Part shown: positions 8,303 through 17,200 of the stretch, piece by piece | Numbering within the stretch: position 1 is the first letter of the stretch | Layout: each line of letters starts with the position of its first letter | Assembly (NCBI GenBank): GCA_964354755.1 | Contig: CAYHBA010000008.1 | Span: 62,725-86,724, forward strand | Length of the DNA: 24,000 bases | Source of the DNA: an uncultured Thermoplasmata archaeon | GTDB lineage: Archaea; Thermoplasmatota; Thermoplasmata; SG8-5 | Direction of reading: 5' to 3' | Position numbers and translations under genes: made by a program | Notes under the pieces: generated by a model | What the model saw: only the letters and a program-made list of their open reading frames with translations | Database searches by the model: none | Told to the model about the DNA's origin: nothing

Positions 8303-8374
8303 TAGCCCCGTCCAGATTCGAACTGGAGTCTGGAGATCCAGAGTCTCTAATGATAACCACTACACCACGGGGCT
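8303..8374 (-). tRNA. tRNA-Gln (anticodon CUG), 72 nt, no encoded CCA
   Basis: Manual cloverleaf. Acceptor stem AGCCCCG/CGGGGCT (A1-U72) with discriminator A. D-arm GTGT-AGTGGTTA-TCAT. Anticodon arm AGAGA-CTCTGGA-TCTCC, with one mismatch at 27-43. The variable loop is 4 nt. T-arm TCCAG-TTCGAAT-CTGGA. Confidence 0.9.
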
Positions 8375-8402
8375 AGTGAGATGGCCGCGGATATTCGCAT
8401 GT

Positions 8403-8418
8403 CCATATTAAGCTTTTT
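8403..8418 (-). promoter_or_regulatory. TATA-box promoter of tRNA-Gln (AAAAAGCTTAATATGG on the minus strand)
   Basis: The TTAATAT box ends 30 nt upstream of the mature tRNA 5' end. The tRNA-Phe promoter in this window has the same box and the same spacing. Confidence 0.55.
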
Positions 8419-8432
8419 GAATCTTTCTGCAA

Positions 8433-8504
8433 AGCCCCGGACAGATTTTCGGCTTCACTGGAATCATTTTGGAAGCAATAGCCGAAAACAGGGCGGGACT
8501 GCGA
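8433..8504 (-). repeat. H2: second 72-nt acceptor-stem-mimic hairpin element
   Basis: The minus-strand sequence is TCGCAGTCCCGCCCTGTTTTCGGCT-[25-nt loop]-AGCCGAAAATCTGTCCGGGGCT. Two base pairs of the inner stem differ from H1 by compensatory changes (U-A to C-G, A-U to U-A). Confidence 0.65.
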
Positions 8505-8541
8505 ATGCAATCAGAGAAAAAACAGAGATGTTCCGCCCGTG

Positions 8542-8599
8542 TTCGAACTGGAGTCTGGAGATCCAGAGTCTCTAATGATAACCACTACACCACGGGGCT
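8542..8599 (-). pseudogene. Truncated tRNA-Gln copy: positions 1-58/59 identical to the intact gene, 3' end not foldable
   Basis: 8542-8600 is 100% identical to 8317-8375. After the T-loop TTCGAA the sequence is CACGGGCGGAAC instead of TCTGGACGGGGCTA, so neither the T-stem nor the acceptor stem can form. A T6 run follows (rc of 8517-8522). Confidence 0.75.
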
Positions 8600-8624
8600 A
8601 TAGAGCACCCGTGGTATCCCGCGT

Positions 8625-8639
8625 CCGTATTAAATATTT
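8625..8639 (-). promoter_or_regulatory. TATA-box promoter upstream of the truncated tRNA-Gln copy (AAATATTTAATACGG on the minus strand)
   Basis: The TTAATAC box ends 27 nt upstream of the pseudo-tRNA 5' end. It is homologous to the promoter of the intact copy, and both are followed by GGAC. Confidence 0.5.
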
Positions 8640-8724
8640 CCTGCATGGCCTAAGGAACAAAATATTAATACCATCATGTGATTCCGTGCCACAAATCTGT
8701 AAAAGATGACACGGAGATGTTGAA

Positions 8725-9045
8725 ATGGGCTGCTTTCTTATGGCAATGGGCTTGGGCTCGGTAACGACCGCATTCCGGAACAGGTTCCCGGAGAAGCTGC
8801 ATGTGGAATGGCTGAACCTGATGCTGTGGGGCGGGTCCGCGATGCTGATCGTGGACCACATAGCGAGCGGCGAGATTGTCGCCAGCTTCCCCTTCTTCAC
8901 AGCAGTGAGGGACGGGAACACGATGGCGATGCTGGCCGAGGTCGCGACGACCGGCACTGCCATGGTGGCCGCATGCGTCGGCATCTGGCTAGGCATGGTC
9001 TGGGTCGCCTCAAAGAGGGAGAACAGGGCCAAGGTTCCTGCCTAA
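8725..9045 (+). CDS. Small (106 aa) integral membrane protein, function unknown, immediately upstream of nikR
   Basis: Hydrophobic segments with G/C-rich third codon positions like neighbouring genes. I prefer it over the antisense 144-aa ORF at 8598-9032. Confidence 0.55.
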   Translation: MGCFLMAMGLGSVTTAFRNRFPEKLHVEWLNLMLWGGSAMLIVDHIASGEIVASFPFFTAVRDGNTMAMLAEVATTGTAMVAACVGIWLGMVWVASKRENRAKVPA

Positions 9046-9081
9046 CGCAATGTATTTATCGCCGGGCGCGGATGAAGCCCC

Positions 9082-9492
9082 GTGAAAGGCATAACCAGGT
9101 TCGGGGTCTCGCTTCCCGCTGACCTCCTGGAAAAATTCGACCGGGAAATAGGGGGTAGGGGCAAGGGCAACCGCTCGAAGGCCATCGCTGACCTTATCAG
9201 GGACAGCCTGGTGGGAAAAGCCTGGGAGGCGGGAAAAGGGGAAGTTGTGGGCGTGGTGACGCTTGTCTATGACCACCACACATCCGAGGTCGTGAACAGG
9301 CTGCTGGAGCTGCAGCACGACGCCGATGTGACTATTTATTCGACCATGCACATACACCTGGACCACGACAACTGCCTCGAGATACTCGCCATACGAGGCA
9401 GGCCCCGGGATGTGAAGGCGTTCGCGGACAGCGCCAGGTCTGTGCGCGGGGTCGAGCACTCCGGGCTGATGGTGACCAGCAATCTGAAATAG
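9082..9492 (+). CDS. nikR: Nickel-responsive transcriptional regulator NikR (ribbon-helix-helix plus ACT-like metal-binding domain)
   Basis: GTG start. The N-terminus ITRFGVSLPADLLEKFDREI...NRSKAIADLIRDSL is an RHH motif. The C-terminal half carries HH/H-rich motifs (VYDHHTSEV, HIHLDHDNCLE) typical of NikR. Confidence 0.85.
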   Translation: MKGITRFGVSLPADLLEKFDREIGGRGKGNRSKAIADLIRDSLVGKAWEAGKGEVVGVVTLVYDHHTSEVVNRLLELQHDADVTIYSTMHIHLDHDNCLEILAIRGRPRDVKAFADSARSVRGVEHSGLMVTSNLK

Positions 9493-9519
9493 AACTAGAT
9501 TATCCGCAACGGTGAGAGC

Positions 9520-11208
9520 ATGGATTGGAACGACCCGAAATACGACGAGCTGGCCAAGCAGGATTTCCTCAGGGCGGAAATCGTTGCGGACCTCAGGGCC
9601 GGGAAATATGAAAGAGTGCACACCAGGTTCCCGCCTGAGCCGAACGGCTACATCCACATCGGCAACGCCAAGGCCATATGGCTCAACTACTGCATAGCCA
9701 GGGACTTCGGGGGAAAGTTCAACCTGCGGTTCGACGACACCAACCCAGTGAAGGAGGAGAAGGAATTCATCGATTCCATCATCAGGGACGTGGCATGGCT
9801 GGGCGCGGACTGCGAGGGCCGCGTATTCTACGCCAGCGACTATTTCCAGCAGATGTACGACTGGGCCAGGGACCTCATCAAGAAAGGGAAGGCCTATGTC
9901 GACGACCTGAGCGCGGACGAGATAAGCCAGCACCGCGGCAATCTCACGACGCCGGGAAGGGACAGCCCTTTCCGCGACAGGTCGGTTGAGGATAATCTGG
10001 ACCTGTTCACGCGAATGAAGGGGGGCGATTTCCCGGACGGAGCCAAGGTCCTGAGGGCCAAGATAGACATGGCCCACCCCAACATGAACATGCGCGATCC
10101 GCTTATGTACCGCATAATCCACGCCCCGCACCCGCATGCCGGGGACAGGTGGTGCATCTATCCGATTTACGACTGGGCTCACGGCCTGGAGGATTCGATA
10201 GAGGGAATAACCCATTCCATGTGCTCCATAGAATTCGAGAACCACAGGCCGCTGTACGACTGGTTCCTCATCGAGCTGGGCATATACAAGCCAAGGCAGA
10301 TAGAGTTCGCCAGGATGAACGTCTCTTACACCATCATGAGCAAGAGGTACCTCAAGGTGCTGGTCGAGGAGAACCGCATGAGCGGCTGGGACGACCCCAG
10401 GATGCCCACGATCTCGGGGATGAGGAGGAGGGGGTATCCGGCAACAGCAATACAGGACTTTCTGACCCGCGCGGGCATCGCCAAGAAGGCCAACACCATC
10501 GCGTTCGAGCTGCTGGAGAGCTGCGTCAGGGAGGAGCTCAACAGGACTGCGCCGAGGCTCATGGGCGTGCTCAACCCCCTAAAGATAGTCGTCGAAAACC
10601 TGCCCGAGGGCCATGTTGAAGAGATGGAGGCCATCAACAATCCAGAGAACCCGAAGGCAGGGACCAGGAAAGTGCTGTTCACCAGGGAGCTTTACATCGA
10701 AAGAGAGGATTTCATGGAAGTGCCTGAGAAGAAATTCTACAGACTGGCGCCGGGCAAGGAAGTTAGGCTGAGGTACGCCTACCTGCTCACATGCGACTCC
10801 ACGGTCAAGGATTCTGCCGGAAAAATAACGGAGCTCAGGGGCCATGTGGACCCGGCCTCCAGGGGCGGCAACGCCCCGGACAGCAGGAAGGTCAAGAGCA
10901 CGATGCACTGGGTCTCCGCGACCAAATCCGTCACGGCCGAGGTCAGGCTCTACGATAAACTGTTCACCTGCGAGGACCTTTCCGACCAGCCAGGCAAGTT
11001 CCAGGACTACCTGAATCCTGACTCGCTGAAGGTGCTGGAGGGCTGCAGGATGGAGCCGGCCGCGGCCGGGCTGAAGGCCGGAGACAGGGTGCAGCTGGAG
11101 AGGCTGGGGTATTTCTGCGTGGACAAAGACACAGAACTTGGCAAATTAGTGCTTAACAGGACAGTTGGCCTGAAAGACACCTGGGCTAAGGTACAGGGAC
11201 AATCATAA
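9520..11208 (+). CDS. glnS: Glutamine--tRNA ligase (bacterial-type GlnRS)
   Basis: The 562-aa product is collinear with E. coli GlnRS as I recall it. Shared motifs are VHTRFPPEPNGYIHIGNAK (HIGH region), NLRFDDTNP, CIYPIYDWAHG, TIMSKRYL (KMSKS), WDDPRMPTISGMRRRGY and the C-terminal NRTVGLKDTWAKV. GGTGA lies upstream of the ATG. Confidence 0.9.
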   Translation: MDWNDPKYDELAKQDFLRAEIVADLRAGKYERVHTRFPPEPNGYIHIGNAKAIWLNYCIARDFGGKFNLRFDDTNPVKEEKEFIDSIIRDVAWLGADCEGRVFYASDYFQQMYDWARDLIKKGKAYVDDLSADEISQHRGNLTTPGRDSPFRDRSVEDNLDLFTRMKGGDFPDGAKVLRAKIDMAHPNMNMRDPLMYRIIHAPHPHAGDRWCIYPIYDWAHGLEDSIEGITHSMCSIEFENHRPLYDWFLIELGIYKPRQIEFARMNVSYTIMSKRYLKVLVEENRMSGWDDPRMPTISGMRRRGYPATAIQDFLTRAGIAKKANTIAFELLESCVREELNRTAPRLMGVLNPLKIVVENLPEGHVEEMEAINNPENPKAGTRKVLFTRELYIEREDFMEVPEKKFYRLAPGKEVRLRYAYLLTCDSTVKDSAGKITELRGHVDPASRGGNAPDSRKVKSTMHWVSATKSVTAEVRLYDKLFTCEDLSDQPGKFQDYLNPDSLKVLEGCRMEPAAAGLKAGDRVQLERLGYFCVDKDTELGKLVLNRTVGLKDTWAKVQGQS

Positions 11209-11258
11209 TAATTAATAATCGGTGACCGATACCCCGAGTTGTTACGGAGCTTGGGGAT

Positions 11259-14200
11259 ATGAAAAACCTGGTTGCAGTCGGAGTGTGTGCATTGTTGGTT
11301 TTAAGCGGCACGGTTCCATTGACAAGCGTTGCCCATAACGATTTACTGGCGAATGATGATGTCGCGAATCCGGCGCCCGCCTATTTCTCTCCGGATGAAA
11401 TCAAAGCAGGACCGCTCAATGACGAACTGAAAATAGCGCTTCAAGACGACATGATGGACATGAACCTATGGAATCCGGACACCAATTCGATATGGAAAAC
11501 CGACCAGCTCCAGTACAATTTCGAAGGCCTGATGGCCTTCAATCCGGACTTCGAGCTCTATCCGGTCCTGGCCGGGGAAAACCCCACAGGCCCCAATGGC
11601 GCCGATGCATGGGTGAGCGGAGATGGAATGCAGATTTCCATCAACCTGAGGCAGGACGCCGCGTTCACGGACGGGAAGCCCTTCACATCTATGGATGTGG
11701 TTTTTTCCTATCAGACAGCTGGATGGGATATTTATGCTTCGAACGTCTTGAACCCGCTCTACCATTGGGACGGGACCTTTGCCAAGTATGACGGCGGAAC
11801 GAGCCACATCGGGGTCGAAGCGAACGGGACGTACAGGGTCGATTTTTTCCTAGAAAACCCGTATTCGATGTTCTGGTACCAGACACTCTCGATGCCCATC
11901 TGCCCCTGGCATATCTGGCAGAACCATACAGTTTCACTGGACCCTGGAATGCATCCCGGATATAACGTGACCGGGGAGTCGGGGTTGGACTACTGGTACG
12001 GCAACAGCCTCTCGGAAACAGATGCGACCATCGGCACAGGGCCTTTCTACCTTGAATCCTGGGCTCTGGGCAATGGCTCGGTCGTAAAAGCCTATGGGGA
12101 TTACTGGAACAAGAACGGCACTGTGTCCTGCGGAGGGGAAGAATATCCGTGCTACCCGAAGCAAGTGAGGACCATCATATTCGAGATAATCCCACAACTA
12201 GACGATTCTGTAGCTGCGCTCAGAAACGGTTCGGTGCATCATATTGCGGCATCGCTTTCCCCAGCTTATTACAACATGATGAAAATCGATCCGAACATCG
12301 GATTCGAGACGCCTGACAGCGATGGATTTTTCTACATATGCTTCAACCTGAGAAAGGGAGCCATGACCGATGTTAATTTCCGCAGGGCCGTCGCGTACTG
12401 CGTGGACAAGGATTACATCGTTGACAATATCATGGACGGGTACGGCTCACCGGGAAGCGTGCCAATCTCGATCACATCCCAGATTTACGTGAACACGTCC
12501 GTGCCTGACTGGATTGCCGAGGGTAACCTGACGAAGGCGATGATGCTCCTGGATGCATCCGGATATGTTGATTACGACGGCGACGGCTGGAGGGATATGC
12601 CCGACCATTCGCCGCTCAGATACGACATACTCACGCCGCCGATGGATTACGACCCGGTACGGGCTAACGCCGGAATCCTCATCGAATCGAAGCTCAGGGC
12701 CGTCGGGCTTAATGTGGCCTCAGTGCCAACAGATTTCGACACAATTGTTAGTTCCGGATACGTGTCCCTCGATTTCGACATGTTCATCCTTGGATGGAGC
12801 GTGGGCTTGTTCCCGGAAACGTACCTGTGGGACTTCTTCCACGGGGATTCTGATATAGCCCTCAACCCATATGGCACAAATGCCGCTGGATATCACAACG
12901 CTTCCGTTGACAGCATGATCGATGCCCTGCAAACCGAGATGGACAACGATGCCAGAGCACAGTTGGTAAAAGACATCTGCGGCGCGACTATGATGGATGT
13001 AGTCTATGACACTCTATATTACAAGAAGGGCATCGAGGCTTACCTGCAGGATGCCTGGCAAGGTTGGCTGCCGGTCCTCGGGTCGATTTACAACAGATTC
13101 TCCGTGTGCAATTTGACGCCACCCAGCTACCTTTATCCGTCATACGGCAATCTGGAGGTCGGCGTTTATGTGCCCGACAACATCCGTGCGGGCGCGAACC
13201 GCACATGCTATGTCCTAGTGACGGACAACGACCAACCAGTCGACAACGCCCATATAGTCGTGCAGACCAACCTGGGAGTCACACTTGACGGATATACCAA
13301 CTTGGGCGGTTGCGTGGAATTCGATTATCATGTCCCGTTTGCGGAGGGCCAAGCCTTCTTCTCGGCGAACGCAACCAAGGGAGTGGACACAGGCGGGGCG
13401 TTCAAGGTTTCTTCCCTGTTCACGGACAAGTCCTTTGCCAGTCTGAGCCTTTCGACCCAGAACGGGGTGGTCTCCCCGCTCGGGAACACCACCGTCACTG
13501 CAAGAGCCACAGACAGGGAGGGCATGGGAGTTCCAGGTGCGCTGGTTGACGTGGACACCGCCCTGCTGTTCGGCTCGGTGGATAGCGCCCAGAAGACTAC
13601 TGATAGCCTGGGATTCGCGAATTTCACATACACGGCTCCCCCGGCTAGTTACATGCCAAACTCCAACAGGTACGAGCAATTCCGCGCCTCGGTTTCCGTG
13701 GCCGACACAGTGGTCCAGGAGGTCCAGGAGGCATGCCTTGTCCTAGCCATTGCTAATAATGTAAGGGACTGGCATTCGGTGGACATCGTTAATGTGGACG
13801 ATTATGTCATCTCGGGCAACAAGGCCGGAACACTTCAGTTAACCACGGATGTCACGGTATCTGTAGTCGATGCCACCGGCGCTTCGGTCATTGGGACGAC
13901 AGTCTATGTGGACACGGACAATTCGGTTGCAATTCCGGATTCTCCGAGCCACGTCACCAATGGGGCCGGAGAGGTTGTCTTCACCCTGTCAGCGGTGGAT
14001 GGAACGACCAGCCGAAGCACTAAAGTGGATTTTCATGTAAATAAAATGTACTCGACATCGGACTGCTTCCTACTTTTGAATCACAACGAGACAGACCCGA
14101 CAGGCGGATACGCAGCGGACATAGATTTCGAAGCCAAAATTGAACATGGCTCATCCGCCACAGTGACTGCCACTGTTTACGACGAGACGGGAAATCCGGC

Positions 14201-17200
14201 CCCGGGCGTCCCATGCCAGTTCTTCATCCCGCCCACAGCGGAGGGCATACCTGGGCAGTTCCAGGGGGGAGACGAGTGGATATGGTGGGAATACGGTACC
14301 GATTGGGACTTGGGCTGGTCGGCCAGTTACATCGGCAGCTGGTACGGGAACAATGCCTCGATGACGGACGGTACCGGCAGACTTGTGGCTACGATTTCCA
14401 CGCCCTCGTTTATAGCCGATACGCTGATACCTCTGGAATTCGGCATCGGTGGCTACTGGGTGACAGAGACGTTCAACAAGACTGCTAACAACTGGTGGAT
14501 GGAGGACTATGGAGATTCTGGCAATTGGGTTCCGCCGACCACAGATTGGTCAGACGGGAATTATTACTGGCGAGCCGCCGACTTCACCCTGGTCGACTCC
14601 GCAATCCTCTGGAGGGGACCGGCCGCGACCATGACCGATGTTAACCTGGGCGCACCATACCTTTCCTCCGAGGACCAAACCGGAACAATCACCATGACAT
14701 TCCAGAATGAGAGCGGCGCATTGGCGAATTCCAATGTCAAGATTTCCGAGGGAATAGCAAATCCCCCGCTGCTTGACGAAGGGCCGACGGATGGCGCAGG
14801 AATGAGGAGTTATCTTTATGATTCCGGAACCGGCCAGTTCGACGCCGGAATGGGATTCACTTCCATGGTGACTGAACCGGGATACTCACAGTTCCCGTTC
14901 ACATTCTATCTGCCATACGTTAATCTGCCAGACAAATGTATCCTCACTGTGGAACCTTCCGCGAAATTGGTCGCGCCCAACGGAACAGTGAATTTCACAG
15001 CCAGGTTGACGGACATCTTCGGAATCCCGATAGCCGGAGCCACAATCTGGGCGGGAACCCTGTCCAACACCACGGACGCCCTGGGAATCGCGGGATTCTC
15101 GAAAACATTGGCAGGTGCAGGCATCCAGAACACAAGCTTCACCGTGACCTTCGGAGGCAAGACCGGGAGTATGACAGCTGGTGTCATAGTGGGGGAGGTG
15201 TTTTCACTGACAACACACTTGCCCATCCGCATCAACTCCAACGCGGACTTCGACGAGGCGCACGGGGTAGTGAACTGGGCGACGGGGAACGGGACGCAGG
15301 GGAACCCCTGGATAATCGAGGGCTGGGATGTTAACGGGACTGGGTATGGATATTGCATTTATATTGGGAACACGACTGAGCATTTCATCGTGAGTAATTG
15401 TTATCTGCATGAGGCAAGTGGTTTCATGTCTCCCTTTTACTTCTTCAATCAGGGACTAATATTGTATCATACAACGAATGGAACTATCGAGAATATTATC
15501 GCTTATGGAAACGGTTTAGGCGTTCAACTGTGTTACTCACCAGGAAATGATGTTATCAACAATTCAGTGATTTCGAATGTGAATGAGGGGATATGGATTC
15601 ATGATTCCAGAGATGTTTTAGTGAGTGGCAACAATGTAACTTCCAACGAATACGGTATTGATATCACTATCTCTGACGGTGCCTTTGTTGTGAATAATAC
15701 AGCCTCCAACAATAATGTTGGCATATCTGCATCCCAGAGTGATGCGATCATAGTAAACAATATAGCCACCATGAATTTAGAAAGTGGAATTTCTGTCGGT
15801 GGTCCAGATAGTATTTACTTTATTAATAATAACACGATTTCAATGAACAATATCGGCATCACGCTGAGTGGAACAATCGGGGTTACCGTCAAGGATAATG
15901 CAATGCTCGGGAACAGCATGTTTATCTCCGGTGTTCTGGAACACTGGAACTCACATGATATCGATGTAACCAACACTGTCAACGGCAAACCAGTCCGATA
16001 TTGGAAGAATCAAGTTGGCGGAACCGTGCCCCCGGGCGCGGGACAGGTCATATTGGCGAATTGCATGAATGTCACGGTCGAGGGCCAGAATCTAATCAAC
16101 GGCTCGGTCGGAATATTGATGGGGCTCTCTGTAAACAATATAATTACCGACAATAACGCATCCTTAAATAATTTAGCTGGCATATACATGAATTTCCACT
16201 GCAACGGGAACCTCATCACCGGCAACATAGTATCAAATAATTATGACGGCATCTGCATGGACCCCTTATGCGATGGTAACACAATATCCAACAATACTGC
16301 AAATTCGAATTCCAGGTCTAGTATCTACCTCTTGGTTTCTGATGATAATGTTATTTGTGACAACGTTATTTCCAACTCGGGGATCGGCGTATATCTATAT
16401 GTGTCTGAATATAATATTATCGCTCGGAATACCTTTTTATACAATGGCTTTGGAATCTATTCATATATTGCGAGTCTTAATAAAATAAATCATAATAATT
16501 TCATTAACAACACAGAACAAGCGTTCGACGAAGATTACAACCAATGGGACGACGGCTACCCCTCAGGTGGCAATTACTGGTCTGACTACAACGGAACTGA
16601 TGCGTATTCCGGTCCTGGCCAGAACGAATCCGGTTCAGACGGCATCGGGGATACGCCTTATTTGTTCACGGGCGATCAGGACAACTATCCATTGATGACA
16701 CCCTGGACCCCCCCTGTACTTCTGGAGTTCACCATCCCTCTCTCCCCCGGCTGGAACCTCGTCTCAATCCCCCTGGAAATGGCCTCGACAGACATATCCA
16801 CAGCCCTGGCTTCCATTTCTGGCCAGTACGATGTAGTGAAATATTATTCGAGCACCGACGCTTCCGACCCCTGGAAAACCTACCGGCCAGGGAGCCCGAC
16901 GAACGATCTTGCGAGCATAGACAGGACCATGGGCCTGTGGATACACGGGACAGCCTACTGTAATCTGACCGTGACAGGCGAAATTCCAGCCACCACCCAG
17001 ATTCTTCTCCACGCCGGATGGAACCTTGTCGGCTACCCATCCATGACTGAGCAAACAGTGGCCAATGCCCTCTGGGGCACCGGGGCCTACATGGTCGAGG
17101 CCTTCGACCCAGGTTCTCCCTACCTGATATCCGAGATAGGGCCGACATACATGATGAAGCCGGGGGAAGGGTACTGGATACATGTTCCCGCTGACACGGT

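Noticed and set aside
8598-9032. 144-aa minus-strand ORF overlapping the small membrane protein gene
   Set aside because: The plus-strand frame gives coherent TM segments, GC3-rich codon usage and the same orientation as nikR. The minus frame looks like a shadow ORF. I hold this only with moderate certainty.
9010-10245. 411-aa ORF on the minus strand, antisense to glnS
   Set aside because: It lies wholly inside the strongly supported glnS gene. Its Arg/Pro/Val/Gly-rich, low-complexity translation is typical of the antisense frame of a GC-rich gene, and I recognise no motif.
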